In this document: positions 10,500-20,699 of the stretch, one piece after another
Layout: each line of letters starts with the position of its first letter
Numbering within the stretch: position 1 is the first letter of the stretch
Source of the DNA: Candidatus Latescibacterota bacterium
GTDB taxonomy: Bacteria > Latescibacterota > CBDEFO01
Reading direction: 5' to 3'
DNA length: 64,000 bases
NCBI GenBank assembly: GCA_965248755.1
Contig: OZ252149.1
Location: forward strand, 3,991,540 to 4,055,539
Notes under the pieces: generated by a model
Told to the model about the DNA's origin: nothing
The model's database searches: none
The model's input: the letters and a program-made list of their open reading frames with translations, nothing else
Position numbers and translations under genes: made by a program

Positions 10500-10874
10500 G
10501 TGGCTCGTTTAGCGTGTCTGGATCCAGATGAGAGCACGGTAAAAGGACAAATGTTCAACGTTTCATACGATAACTATAAGATTTTGGACCTGGCTTATGA
10601 GGTGAGGGACGCTCTGGGCGGGATAGATGTAAAAATTGAGGTGGATCAGAGTAAAAGAAAAGACAGGAGCTACAGGATTTCCGTGGACAAGATCCAAAAT
10701 GTCTTGGGATTTAAGTATTCTGTCTCTGTCGCTGAGTTCGTGGCTACGATGGTAGAGAGGATTCGGGAGTGGGGTTATACGGACTTTTCCCATCCGAGGT
10801 ATTACAACATAAATTGGATGATGCTTTTGACTGAGGTTGAGAGCAATCTCAAGAAGATGGGCGGGTTGTTTTAA
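10500..10874 (+). pseudogene. C-terminal remnant of an NAD-dependent epimerase/dehydratase
   Basis: GQMFNVSYDNYKILDLA..DRSYRISVDKIQNVLGF; the Rossmann GxxGxxG and YxxxK parts are absent. Confidence 0.7.
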
Positions 10875-10897
10875 GTTTAAGATAGGAAGGCGTTTTT

Positions 10898-12688
10898 TTG
10901 TTCATACTCGGTATCTCCTGTTTCTACCACGATGCTGCCGCTGCTATCTTAAGGGACGGGCAGCTAATAGCGGCGGCTGAGGAGGAGAGATTCTCAAGAA
11001 AGAAGCACGACTTCGGGTTTCCGATCAACGCTATAGAGTTTTGTCTGAGAACAGCGGGAATTACGGCGGAAGAGTTGGACTACGTTGTCTTCTATGAGAA
11101 ACCCTTTGTCAAGTTCGAACGCATATTGATGACTGCGTTCGGGACCTTTCCCAAGTCGTGGAAGGTATTCCGCGAGGCGATGGTGACATGGCTCTTGGAC
11201 AAGCTATGGATAAGGGGAATCCTGAAGGACAAGTTGAGCGCAGCCTCGGAGAAGGTGCTCTTTGCCGAGCATCATCTGTCGCACGCTGCGAGTGCATTTT
11301 TATGTTCTCCTTTCGACAAGGCTGCTATCTTGACGATCGATGGCGTTGGGGAGTGGACAACCACGACCATGGGCAAGGGTAGGGGGACGGATATTACGCT
11401 CACAAGGGAGATGCGTTTCCCTCATTCGCTGGGGCTTTTGTACAGTGCCTTTACGGCCTTTTTGGGGTTTGAGGTGAACGAGGGGGAATACAAGGTTATG
11501 GGCATGGCGCCTTACGGCCAGCCCAAATATGTGGATAAGATTCATAAACTCATAGAGCTGTATTGCGACGGAAGTTTCCATCTGAATATGGACTACTTTT
11601 GTTATCACTATTCCCCCGAAAGGACGTATAACTCGAAGTTCACCGATCTTTTTGGAACTCCCAGAGACCCCAAGTCCAAGTTCTTTACGCCCTCTACTGG
11701 TTATCCCTCCTATTTTGGAGAGAAGCCGCAAAATTGCGACCAGGCGGGCAGGGCGAATGAGTACTACGCCGATATAGCCGCAAGCGTTCAGGCCCTGACC
11801 GAAGAGGCTATCTTAAAGATGGCGAACTGTCTGTACGAGGAGACAAAAAGCAAAAGGCTCTGTATGGCGGGAGGCGTGGCTTTAAACAGCGTAGCCAACG
11901 GGAAAATATTGAAAGAGACTCCGTTTGAGGAGCTATACATACATCCCGCCGCGGGGGACGGAGGAGGCGCTGTGGGTGCTGCTCTTTACGCCTATCACTG
12001 TCTTTTGGGAAAGCCAAGGGAGTTTATAATGGAGCATGCTTATTGGGGACAGGATTACGGCGAGGACAAGATCAAGAGCTTTCTTGAAGGGAACGGCATA
12101 AGTTATGAGTATGTAGAAGACGATGAGATCCTGTTCGACAGGATAGTGGATCATCTCCAGGATGGGAAGGTTATAGGATGGTTTCAGGACAGATTCGAGT
12201 GGGGACCGAGGGCCCTGGGCAACAGGAGCATCTTAGCAGACCCAAGAAAGGCCGAGATGAAGGATATTGTGAACACCAAGATCAAGTTTCGGGAGCCCTT
12301 CAGACCGTTTGCACCTTCTGTTTTAGTGGAGAGGACCGAGGAGTTTTTCGATCTTCCACAAGCTGATAAGCACTACCCTGCAAGGTTTATGTTGTATGTA
12401 GTGGATGTGAAGGAGGATAAACAGGATGTGATTCCGGCTATAACCCACGTTGACGGGTCGGGCAGGCTCCAGACCGTGGTAAAGGAGACAAACCCGAGGT
12501 ACTACAGACTGATAGAGAAATTCGGCCAGGCTACAGGAGTGCCTTTGGTGCTGAATACCTCTTTTAACCTTAAGGGCGAGCCCATAGTCAACACTCCCCA
12601 GGATGCGTTTAATACGTTTATGGCAAGCGGAATGGATCTATTGATTCTGGATAGATTTGTGATAGAAAAAGAAAGCGAGGAGACATGA
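10898..12688 (+). CDS. O-carbamoyltransferase (NodU/CmcH/TobZ/SxtI family)
   Basis: ILGISCFYHDAAAA, EEERFSRKKH, EHHLSHAASAF, GEYKVMGMAPYG, GGVALN, GPRALGNRSILADP, KFREPFRPFAP, NTSFN. Confidence 0.95.
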   Translation: MFILGISCFYHDAAAAILRDGQLIAAAEEERFSRKKHDFGFPINAIEFCLRTAGITAEELDYVVFYEKPFVKFERILMTAFGTFPKSWKVFREAMVTWLLDKLWIRGILKDKLSAASEKVLFAEHHLSHAASAFLCSPFDKAAILTIDGVGEWTTTTMGKGRGTDITLTREMRFPHSLGLLYSAFTAFLGFEVNEGEYKVMGMAPYGQPKYVDKIHKLIELYCDGSFHLNMDYFCYHYSPERTYNSKFTDLFGTPRDPKSKFFTPSTGYPSYFGEKPQNCDQAGRANEYYADIAASVQALTEEAILKMANCLYEETKSKRLCMAGGVALNSVANGKILKETPFEELYIHPAAGDGGGAVGAALYAYHCLLGKPREFIMEHAYWGQDYGEDKIKSFLEGNGISYEYVEDDEILFDRIVDHLQDGKVIGWFQDRFEWGPRALGNRSILADPRKAEMKDIVNTKIKFREPFRPFAPSVLVERTEEFFDLPQADKHYPARFMLYVVDVKEDKQDVIPAITHVDGSGRLQTVVKETNPRYYRLIEKFGQATGVPLVLNTSFNLKGEPIVNTPQDAFNTFMASGMDLLILDRFVIEKESEET

Positions 12689-12864
12689 GGGCTGTTAAGA
12701 ATTTCCTGGGCAAGTTTTCGATAGCCGGGGAACTTCTGGTCTTTTTCTGGAAGCGGAAGCTCTGGTGGTTGATTCCAATGATGGTTGTACTCCTGGCGTT
12801 TGGGCTTGTGATGGTGTTAGCTCAGGGGACAGCTATTGCTCCTTTCGTATATACGCTCTTTTAG
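12685..12864 (+). CDS. Small membrane protein, DUF5989/SxtK-like (59 aa, absent from the ORF track)
   Basis: MRAVKNFLGKFSIAGELLVFFWKRKLWWLIPMMVVLLAFGLVMVLAQGTAIAPFVYTLF; ATGA overlap with the carbamoyltransferase stop. Confidence 0.85.
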   Translation: MRAVKNFLGKFSIAGELLVFFWKRKLWWLIPMMVVLLAFGLVMVLAQGTAIAPFVYTLF

Positions 12865-12882
12865 TCGAGACGGCGAATAGAA

Positions 12883-13779
12883 ATGCGTGTAGCGCTTATT
12901 GGAGCCAACGGACAGTTGGGCTGTGATATTGCAAGGGCCTTGTCCGCGATTGATTCTATCGGGGACTTGAATGACAGGGTTCTGATCCCCCTGACCCATA
13001 CGGATATCGAGATTACAGACTTCAAGCTTATGACCGATGTGCTGTCCGAGCATAAGCCGGATATAGTTATCAACACCGCGGCTTATCACAGGGTAGATGA
13101 CTGTGAAACAAATCTGGAGAAGGCTTTCTCTGTGAACGCCCTCGGGGCAAGAAATCTTGCCCTCCACTGTAAAGAGAATAAAATTTGTCTGCTGCACATC
13201 AGCACAGATTACGTGTTTGATGGAAAGAGGACTTCACCCTATGTAGAGTCGGACCTTCCCAATCCGCTGAACGCTTACGGCGTGTCCAAACTTGCGGGGG
13301 AGCATTTCGTAAGGAGCATTACGGATGAGCATTTCATAGTCAGGACGTCTGGACTTTATGGAATTCATAAGTGCAGGGCAAAGGGCGGGAACTTCATAGA
13401 TACTATGCTGAGGCTATCCCAAGAGCAGGACGTGATAAGGGTGGTAGACGATGAGGTTTTGACCCCGACTTACACTTTAGATGTGGCTTATCAGATAAGG
13501 GAATTGTTAGAAACAGGCACTTATGGGACGTATCACATAACCAATCAGGGTGAATGCTCCTGGTACGAGTTTGCAAGTAAGATATTTGAGTTTATGGATA
13601 TCCAGGTGAATCTTGAAAGAATCACAGCAGATGAGTTCAGGAGTCCTGCCAGGCGTCCCTCCTATTCTGTGCTTGAGAATAAGGCGTTGAAGGACATAGG
13701 GATAGATAGAATGAGAAGTTGGGATGAGGCGTTGAATGCGTATTTGCAGGAAAGAAAAGAGCAACATCACGATGGATAA
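12883..13779 (+). CDS. rfbD: dTDP-4-dehydrorhamnose reductase
   Basis: GANGQLG, HISTDYVFDG, YGVSKLAGE, RRPSYSVL. Confidence 0.93.
   Translation: MRVALIGANGQLGCDIARALSAIDSIGDLNDRVLIPLTHTDIEITDFKLMTDVLSEHKPDIVINTAAYHRVDDCETNLEKAFSVNALGARNLALHCKENKICLLHISTDYVFDGKRTSPYVESDLPNPLNAYGVSKLAGEHFVRSITDEHFIVRTSGLYGIHKCRAKGGNFIDTMLRLSQEQDVIRVVDDEVLTPTYTLDVAYQIRELLETGTYGTYHITNQGECSWYEFASKIFEFMDIQVNLERITADEFRSPARRPSYSVLENKALKDIGIDRMRSWDEALNAYLQERKEQHHDG
12944..12964. repeat. 21-bp palindromic element, copy A (in frame in rfbD)
   Basis: CCGCGATTGATTCTATCGGGG. Confidence 0.8.
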
Positions 13780-14743
13780 GAAAGTTAGTATCTATATTCT
13801 CAACTACAACGGTAAAGATCTCTTAGCGGAATATCTTCCCTCTGTAGTAGAAGCTGTGAAGTACGATGGCAACGGGCACGAGATAGTGGTTGTAGATAAT
13901 CTCAGCACCGACGACAGTGTGGAATTCGTGGAGAGGAACTTCCCCCAGGTTAAAGTTAGAAAGATGGAGACGAATAGACTCCTCTTTTCTTATAATCAGG
14001 TTGTAAAAGAGTGCAAGAACGATTATGTAATCCTTCTAAACACAGACATAAAGATCGTAGAACCTGACTTTGTGCGCCCTCTTTTAAGACATTTCTCAGA
14101 TCCCGATGTCTTTGCAGTTGTGCCCAAGGTCTTGTCCGATAATCCTTCAGAGGAATACCTTTACAGGTGTCCTGGAGTCTTTTCACGGGGTCTTCTATGG
14201 ACAGGGAGATGGGAGAAGTTTCCGGGGAAGGGATTTACGCTCTTTGCACACGGAGGAGCAGCCGCCTACAACAGAAATAAGTTTCTGGAACTTGGTGGAT
14301 TCGATGATATCTACTGCCCTGGGTATGATGAAGACCAGGATATTTCCTATTTAGCGTGGATGAGAGGATGGAAGATTATCTTTGAACCTGAAAGCGTAGT
14401 ATTTCACAGGGGAGGCGCTACATTCAAAAGGACTTATAAAGATAATATGATGCAGCAGCATAAGGAGAAGGTGGCGATGGTCTTTGCTCTTAAGAATATA
14501 TCTGATCGTAGAATGCTCGCTGAATTCTTCTTTTGGTCTTTACTTAGATTTTTCAAATATCTTTCAAATTCTGATATGAGCAGGGTGAAAGCGTACAAAG
14601 ACGTTATAGCGATGACTTCTCGTATTTTAAGGTCCAGGAGAAAGATGAAAATGTCCAGGAGGATTTCGGACAGAAGCATACTTGAAATTATAAAACGAAA
14701 TCGTACACAATCTTCTAAGAGTACAAGAATAAGTAAAAGATGA
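13772..14743 (+). CDS. GT2 glycosyltransferase
   Basis: VSIYILNYNG, VVDNLSTDDS, LLNTD, LGGFD..EDQD; ATG 13772 overlaps the end of rfbD. Confidence 0.88.
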   Translation: MDKKVSIYILNYNGKDLLAEYLPSVVEAVKYDGNGHEIVVVDNLSTDDSVEFVERNFPQVKVRKMETNRLLFSYNQVVKECKNDYVILLNTDIKIVEPDFVRPLLRHFSDPDVFAVVPKVLSDNPSEEYLYRCPGVFSRGLLWTGRWEKFPGKGFTLFAHGGAAAYNRNKFLELGGFDDIYCPGYDEDQDISYLAWMRGWKIIFEPESVVFHRGGATFKRTYKDNMMQQHKEKVAMVFALKNISDRRMLAEFFFWSLLRFFKYLSNSDMSRVKAYKDVIAMTSRILRSRRKMKMSRRISDRSILEIIKRNRTQSSKSTRISKR

Positions 14744-15981
14744 AAATTCCTAATGATATTTCGATAGTCATATACCTCACAGGCGATTGGGAGACGTATC
14801 ATCGGCGTTCGATGATAGAGGCTTTTTCGCGCAATCTTTTGGGGATAGGCAGGATATTGAGCGTAAATCCCGTCATAAACCCGGCTACTGCTTTTTTGCG
14901 CGGCAACAGGAGGAGGGCTATACAGAGCATAACCAATGAAGGTATTCAGAAGATCAGTGAAAATCTATACGTATTGCATCCACATGCTCCCTTCTACACT
15001 CCATTGGACAGATTCTTGGATCTTTCGGCGAACGTCCGGACTATGCTAGCTAAGCAGATAAAGAAGGCGTTGGATGTCATAGGAGCATCACCGTCGGATA
15101 AGAGAATATCTTGGCTTTATAAGCCGCAGCAGGTTGATCATATCGGTTTGATAGATGAAACGCACGTCCTTTATGAGTGCTACGATGAATACTGTTATAC
15201 GAGTTTAGATTACAAGCCTAGACCATCTGTGATAGAACAAGAAAAACTTCTGCTCCGACAGGCGGATATTGTGTTCACCACATCGAGGGCACTACACGAT
15301 TCAAGGAGCAGATTGCATTCGAACGTGTATCTTGTTCCAAATGGTGTGGATTTTGAGCATTTCGCGTCAGCTCTGGATGTTGGTGATTCCCCTCCGCAGG
15401 ATATTCTAGACATCAAAAAACCGATTATCGGTTACATCGGAAGCTTAGGACACAGCATAGATGTTAATCTTTTGTTGGATATTATTGATAATGCGGACTG
15501 GTCATTTGTGCTTATCGGAGGCATAGTAGATTGTGTCCAAAAGGAATATTTGGACTGGATAGTACCCAGGCTCAGCCGTCTCAAAGAACATAGCAATTTC
15601 TATCATTTAGGATGGCAAGAGCGCAGTCAACTTCCCGCTTATCTTAAAGCTATAGATGTGGCTGTGATGCCCTACATCGTAAACGAGCACACCAAAAATT
15701 CCAATCATCTCAAACTGTGGGAATACCTTGCGACCGGAAGACCTGTGGTAGCGATGAACACCAGCAGTGAGGTCTGGGAGTCGAGAGAGGCTGTCCTTGT
15801 GGCTCAAAATAGGGATGAGTTTATCTCCCTTATAGATTATGCTCTCAAGAACGATATGAAGGAACGGATCGCCAAGGGTATTGAAATGGCAAGACAGAAT
15901 AGCTGGGATAGAATTACCAAGAATGCTGTTGATATAATACTGCAGTCTGTAAATTCAGTCGAAACTGTTCTAACAGCTTAA
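14740..15981 (+). CDS. GT4-like glycosyltransferase (TuaH-like)
   Basis: YECYDEY, ADIVFTTS, VPNGVDFEHF, IIGYIG, KLWEYLATGRPVV, NSW. Confidence 0.88.
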   Translation: MKIPNDISIVIYLTGDWETYHRRSMIEAFSRNLLGIGRILSVNPVINPATAFLRGNRRRAIQSITNEGIQKISENLYVLHPHAPFYTPLDRFLDLSANVRTMLAKQIKKALDVIGASPSDKRISWLYKPQQVDHIGLIDETHVLYECYDEYCYTSLDYKPRPSVIEQEKLLLRQADIVFTTSRALHDSRSRLHSNVYLVPNGVDFEHFASALDVGDSPPQDILDIKKPIIGYIGSLGHSIDVNLLLDIIDNADWSFVLIGGIVDCVQKEYLDWIVPRLSRLKEHSNFYHLGWQERSQLPAYLKAIDVAVMPYIVNEHTKNSNHLKLWEYLATGRPVVAMNTSSEVWESREAVLVAQNRDEFISLIDYALKNDMKERIAKGIEMARQNSWDRITKNAVDIILQSVNSVETVLTA

Positions 15982-16000
15982 AAAGTAGAGGTGTTAGCAG

Positions 16001-16816
16001 ATGGTTCTTGAGGTGGATAAGAGCAAACTTATAGATATGAGGGACTCCCAATCTAAATCTTTCAAAGATATACGCGAGGAAATGGTACAAATTAATTGGC
16101 AGTCGCAGTCTGCTTGGTTTAGGCTGATGCTCAAAACAAATGCAACTTTGCGGGAAAGGTTCTCCGATCTGCTTTATGGAATCGAACTCAAAGGAGCTCG
16201 AAGATGGGAATATCCTTGGGCAATACTGAGCACTGATCTTGAGCCCGGCCTGTGTGTTTTGGATGCTGGATGCGGTGGATCTCCATTGCCGATATACCTT
16301 GCAAAAAGAGGATATGACTGTTTCGCAACGGATCCCGACATAATGAATCCGTTAGATCCCAGCAAGTACAAGGGCATACACAAGAAATGTATCAACGTCC
16401 GCAGATTTATAAAGCACCGTATGTTTAGATATTTTGGAGGTAGCTTAGGTGATGGATACTATAACCTGGCCACAAGACATAACGTATCAATAACCTACAA
16501 AAAGGAAAGCATACAAGAAATGAGCTTTGAAGATAACTTTTTTGATCGGGTCTTCTGCATCAGTGTGATAGAGCACGTTCCCAAAGAAGAATGGTCTATC
16601 TGCATAGAACAACTAATGAGAGTTGTGCGTCCAGGTGGAAAGCTCATAATCACTCTTGATATATTCTACGATGATCTTCATGTATACAAAGACATTATTC
16701 CCTACAGCAGTTTGAAATTTCTGATCGATAGAGATCATTCCAATGTCAAATATTCCGATTGGCCGCCTGAGCTGCTTGAGACTATTGGTTTGGTTATGAC
16801 AAAAGAAAAAGAGTAG
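16001..16816 (+). CDS. Class I SAM-dependent methyltransferase
   Basis: RRWEYPW, VLDAGCG, FDRVFCISVIEH, RVVRPGG. Confidence 0.88.
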   Translation: MVLEVDKSKLIDMRDSQSKSFKDIREEMVQINWQSQSAWFRLMLKTNATLRERFSDLLYGIELKGARRWEYPWAILSTDLEPGLCVLDAGCGGSPLPIYLAKRGYDCFATDPDIMNPLDPSKYKGIHKKCINVRRFIKHRMFRYFGGSLGDGYYNLATRHNVSITYKKESIQEMSFEDNFFDRVFCISVIEHVPKEEWSICIEQLMRVVRPGGKLIITLDIFYDDLHVYKDIIPYSSLKFLIDRDHSNVKYSDWPPELLETIGLVMTKEKE

Positions 16817-16850
16817 TCTGTACTGTGATATAATTGATAAAGGGATTTTT

Positions 16851-17696
16851 ATGCAGGGCATATCGGTACTTATTCTGACCAAGAACAACGAAGATACTAT
16901 AGAGAAGAGCTTGCAGAGTGTCAGGGGAGCCGATGAGATCGTTATAATAGATTCTCTGAGCACTGATAGGACGCTTGAGATATGCCAGAAATATACTACG
17001 AAGATATATCAACAGGAATGGCTCGGGTTCTCCAGACAGCGGAATGTTGCTATCGCCAAGGCTAGCTATGACTGGATATTTTTCCTCGATTCCGACGAAG
17101 TGGTTGAGGCCGGCGTGTGGGAGGAGGTGCTCGAGATAGTTTCCAGCAGTAGTCGACAATACGACGTTTATTCTGTTCCTCAGCTGACCTATTTCCTCGG
17201 CTGCCCTTTGAGGCACGGAGGATGGATGACAGCTTGGCCTCATCTCTATCGCACAGCAAAGGCTCATTTTGATGAGAATAAAACCAACCACGAAGGGTCA
17301 GCCGTACCGGGTGAATCTGGAATACTTGAAGGGATGATACATCACTATTCGTTTCCTGATATGAAGGCGTATTTCGAGAAGTTCGACCGCTACACAACGC
17401 TCGATGCAAAACAGATGCAAGTGTCCGGGCTGACAAAGAGGAATCGCCTTGTAGAGTTGAAATTGGATAGCACATTTTCCGTTTTGAAGTTCCTGTTTTG
17501 GGATCCTGTTCTGTGGTTCGGTAGGAGATTTCTACTCTTAAAGGCATATAAAGACGGCGTCCCCGGACTTATTTACGCTATCTTTGGTGCTTTCAACGAA
17601 TTTGTTGGAAGGGTCAAATATCTGGAAATGAAGATGAAAGAGCGCAGGTATGAGGGGTATTGGCAGCACGGAGAGGTAAATAAAGTTCCACTATAA
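16851..17696 (+). CDS. GT2 glycosyltransferase (WaaE/KdtX-like)
   Basis: ISVLILTKN, IDSLSTDRT, GFSRQRN, FLDSDE, HE, HYS, KAYKDG. Confidence 0.88.
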   Translation: MQGISVLILTKNNEDTIEKSLQSVRGADEIVIIDSLSTDRTLEICQKYTTKIYQQEWLGFSRQRNVAIAKASYDWIFFLDSDEVVEAGVWEEVLEIVSSSSRQYDVYSVPQLTYFLGCPLRHGGWMTAWPHLYRTAKAHFDENKTNHEGSAVPGESGILEGMIHHYSFPDMKAYFEKFDRYTTLDAKQMQVSGLTKRNRLVELKLDSTFSVLKFLFWDPVLWFGRRFLLLKAYKDGVPGLIYAIFGAFNEFVGRVKYLEMKMKERRYEGYWQHGEVNKVPL

Positions 17697-18256
17697 ACAT
17701 CGTATTGATCTTACCGGAGGCGCCTTTTAGTCCTTCGACTCAAAATGGCGGACAATATAAATGACCATTCCTGCCCTGTGCGTTCCTGATGTGGAGGAGT
17801 ATTTTGAGAAGTTTAACCGCGGCACAACACTCGATGCGGAACATATGCGGCTGTTCGGGACGACAAAGAGGAATCGCCCTGTACAGTTGAATTTGGATAG
17901 TACATTTTCCGTTTTGAAGTTTCTGTTTTGGGATCCTATTCTGCGGTTCGGCAGAATATTTCTATTTTTAAAGGCATATAAAGACGGCATCCCTGGACTG
18001 ATTTACGCTATCTTTGGCGCTTTCTACGAGTTTGTTGGGAGAGTTAAATATCTGGAAATGAGGATCAAAGAGAGCAAATGCCCAACAGATGAGAGTAGAC
18101 CATGTGAGGATCGGGTAGAGGATAAAAAGACATCGGCTTTTCCCCAAAATAGTTCTTCGATACACCCCGGTGTAAGTGTTCGCTCCCCCAAGAGGCGTCT
18201 TTTAGTCTTCTGGCACGGGATCGGGGATAATATAATGGCAATTCCTGCCCTGCGAG
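17353..18256 (+). repeat. Diverged tandem duplication (units ~17353-17782 and ~17783-18256)
   Basis: TTCCTGAT..GAGAAGTT..TGGGATCCT..TATCTGGAAATG recurs at offset 430; GAGGCGyCTTTTAGTC..ATTCCTGCCCTG recurs at offset ~475. Confidence 0.85.
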
Positions 18257-19212
18257 CGCTCAAGGAAAAATATCCTGACGATTCCCTAGGCCTTATGTAT
18301 CTCAAAAGGATAGACAAAGATGGCCTCTTCGGCGACAGTCCCTACATAGACGCCACATACACGTGCAGCGACGCCTGGAACGATTATCTCGACTACGATA
18401 CCGGAGTTACGGCTATTCTGGAGGAGGCGAATCGAGTCGCAGAAAAAGAGGGCTACGACGAGATTGTCCCTGTGACCCTTCGCAGTTGCTCTTTGGAAAA
18501 CCACAGGATATATCGCATAGCCCACGAACTCGGCGTCGAGCTTTCCACCCCCGATAGAAGCAATCGGGGGTGGGACACGGAACTCCCGATCCCCCAAGAG
18601 GAGGAAGAAAGAGCTGATGCCATCTTCAAGAGCTGGGGCATAAAAGAGGACGACTTCGTGGTCGCCATCCACAGAAGGGGAGCAAACGTCCATAAATACT
18701 GGGATGTGGAGGAGGCTTTAAGGTTCATAGACTTCATGAAGAAAAGGTATAACGCCAAGTTCATCGCCTTCGAGACTCACACCGATTTGGACAGAGAAGA
18801 AGCGCAGCGGTTGAAAGGGGAAAGTATCTTCAGCACGTATCATCTCTCCGACGTGAGTCTTAAGCTTTCAGCTGCTCTCATAGACAAATGCGACCTGTTT
18901 GTGGGCATAGACTCGGGTCCTATGTGGATAGCCACTACCACAAAGACACCTATAATTGCCCTTTTCACTATGACGTGGATGCAACAGACTGCGCCTATGA
19001 GAAAGGACAGCTACATAGTCTGCTCCGAAAAATCCAAAACAATATTGACAAAGAAGTTCGGAGAGGAACATAAAGACAGGATCGTCTATTCCGCAAAAGG
19101 CAGCACAAATATAGGTGCAGAGGACGTCATCAGATGCCTGGAGAAGCTTGAGATCTTCAATAATGTCCTTGAAGGATTCGACTACAACCGGGGGTTATCC
19201 CCGAGTTTGTAG
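17761..19212 (+). CDS. GT9 (heptosyltransferase-like) protein with a duplicated GT2 C-terminal segment at its N-terminus
   Basis: GIGDNIMAIPALRALK, KYW, CDLFVGIDSGPMWIA..PIIALF; the first ~100 aa match the C-terminus of 16851-17696. Confidence 0.8.
   Translation: MTIPALCVPDVEEYFEKFNRGTTLDAEHMRLFGTTKRNRPVQLNLDSTFSVLKFLFWDPILRFGRIFLFLKAYKDGIPGLIYAIFGAFYEFVGRVKYLEMRIKESKCPTDESRPCEDRVEDKKTSAFPQNSSSIHPGVSVRSPKRRLLVFWHGIGDNIMAIPALRALKEKYPDDSLGLMYLKRIDKDGLFGDSPYIDATYTCSDAWNDYLDYDTGVTAILEEANRVAEKEGYDEIVPVTLRSCSLENHRIYRIAHELGVELSTPDRSNRGWDTELPIPQEEEERADAIFKSWGIKEDDFVVAIHRRGANVHKYWDVEEALRFIDFMKKRYNAKFIAFETHTDLDREEAQRLKGESIFSTYHLSDVSLKLSAALIDKCDLFVGIDSGPMWIATTTKTPIIALFTMTWMQQTAPMRKDSYIVCSEKSKTILTKKFGEEHKDRIVYSAKGSTNIGAEDVIRCLEKLEIFNNVLEGFDYNRGLSPSL
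18549..18569. repeat. 21-bp palindromic element, copy B (in frame in GT9)
   Basis: CCCCGATAGAAGCAATCGGGG, with the stem extended by the flanks CCAC/GTGG. Confidence 0.85.
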
Positions 19213-19424
19213 ATAACGGTAAGACGGGAATACTTGTAGAGCCGAGGAATTCGCTTGAGTTTGCCAAAGCTGTGAAGGATTTGATAGAGAAGCCGGAGTT
19301 TGCCCAAAGACTCGGAGAAAATGGCAGACAGAGGGCAAGGCTCTTTACGTGGGATAAATCTGGAGAGAGGTTGGAAGAAGTGTATAAGGGTCTTTTGTTC
19401 TGTTTAGGAGAGAGTATAAAGTAA
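19177..19424 (+). pseudogene. C-terminal remnant of a GT4 glycosyltransferase
   Basis: A frame without a start codon reads IPEFVDNGKTGILVEPRNSLEFAKAVKDLIEKPEFAQRLGENGRQRARLFTWDK to TAA 19422. Confidence 0.8.
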
Positions 19425-19425
19425 T

Positions 19426-20364
19426 ATGGAAGTTAAAACGAAAAGAAATTGCCAAGTGAACGTTGAAGAATGCAATATCTGTGGCGGCAACGGATTCAAG
19501 CGAGTAGCTAAAAAGGCAGAATATGTCCTTTTGAAGTGCATAAACTGTGGGCTTATATTTGTGGACTACGATGAATTAGATCTGAACGAGTTCTATAACA
19601 AGACTCGCAAGGAGTGGGTAAAGACAAAGACACTTACGGACTGGGTTATAAAGGAGTACACACGCGGGAACGAACGCAAATACAAATCGCTTGAAAGTTA
19701 TATGGGCAGTAAAGGCAGAATGTTGGACGTTGGATGTTCTATCGGTGTCTTTTTGAGCATAGCTAAAAGATATGGCTGGAATGTAACGGGGGTGGAGATA
19801 GACGAAGAGAGAGCTAAAGCAGCAAACGAGGCATACGGTGTTGATGTACTATGCGGCAGAGTTGAGGATGTGGAATTCGAGGACAGCTTCGATTGCGTTA
19901 TCATCTTTGACTGTATAGAGCACGTTGAAGATCCTGCTTCCGTTTTGCAAAAAGTCTATGATGTTCTATGTCCGGGAGGCAAAGTTATCTTGACTCTTCC
20001 CAACATTGAGGGCCTTGAGCCGAAGACGACTTATTATTTGTTCTACAGGACCTTAGGACTATGGCATCATCCAGATCCTCCCGCTCATCTATATGAATTT
20101 TCACCTGTTACTATAGAGCAACTGTTGAGCAAAATCGGTTTTGAAAATGTCCAGATTCAACTCAGTCAGGTATCGCTCGGATATAAGACCGGATTGAAAT
20201 TAAACCAAATAACCGATCTTTTTGCAAACTACGGATCCACAATAGCAACCAAGTCTATGATCAAAAGGCTCTGCTACGCGGCGGTTGCCACTCCCTTGTT
20301 TATAGCTGCAAAACTGCTTGGGATGGGAGATAGTATGACAGTTGTCGCTCAAAGGTCTAAATGA
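19426..20364 (+). CDS. Class I SAM methyltransferase with N-terminal CxxC..CxxC
   Basis: CNICG..CINCG, MLDVGCSIG, DCIEHV, PGG, PNI, HLYEFS. Confidence 0.88.
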   Translation: MEVKTKRNCQVNVEECNICGGNGFKRVAKKAEYVLLKCINCGLIFVDYDELDLNEFYNKTRKEWVKTKTLTDWVIKEYTRGNERKYKSLESYMGSKGRMLDVGCSIGVFLSIAKRYGWNVTGVEIDEERAKAANEAYGVDVLCGRVEDVEFEDSFDCVIIFDCIEHVEDPASVLQKVYDVLCPGGKVILTLPNIEGLEPKTTYYLFYRTLGLWHHPDPPAHLYEFSPVTIEQLLSKIGFENVQIQLSQVSLGYKTGLKLNQITDLFANYGSTIATKSMIKRLCYAAVATPLFIAAKLLGMGDSMTVVAQRSK

Positions 20365-20390
20365 TAAAAGCAGTTTTAGGAGAGATATAA

Positions 20391-20699
20391 ATGACAGTGA
20401 ATGAAAAAGTAATACAGGCGATATTGGGTGCAATTGATGAAGTCAATCAGCAACTGCCAAAAGAACAGCGATTGGAAAAATCTATCGATACGGTTTTGTT
20501 TGGTGAATCGGGAAAATTGGATTCACTGGGACTTGTAACTCTAATTGTGGCTACAGAGCAGAAGATTGAAGAAGAACATGGGGCCACAATAACACTGGCA
20601 GATGAAAACGCGATGTCTCAGGAAAATAGCCCATTTAAAACCATTGGAACGCTTGCCGATTATGTTACCTTCCTTTTGAAGGAAAAATCAAATGGATAA
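20391..20699 (+). CDS. Acyl carrier protein
   Basis: LFGESGKLDSLGLVTLI (phosphopantetheine Ser), SPFKTIGTLADY; adjacent to FkbH. Confidence 0.85.
   Translation: MTVNEKVIQAILGAIDEVNQQLPKEQRLEKSIDTVLFGESGKLDSLGLVTLIVATEQKIEEEHGATITLADENAMSQENSPFKTIGTLADYVTFLLKEKSNG

Noticed and set aside
10898-12864. Saxitoxin gene cluster
   Set aside because: Only the widespread carbamoyltransferase and small partners are present; there are no sxtA/G/B-type core genes, and the context is polysaccharide synthesis.
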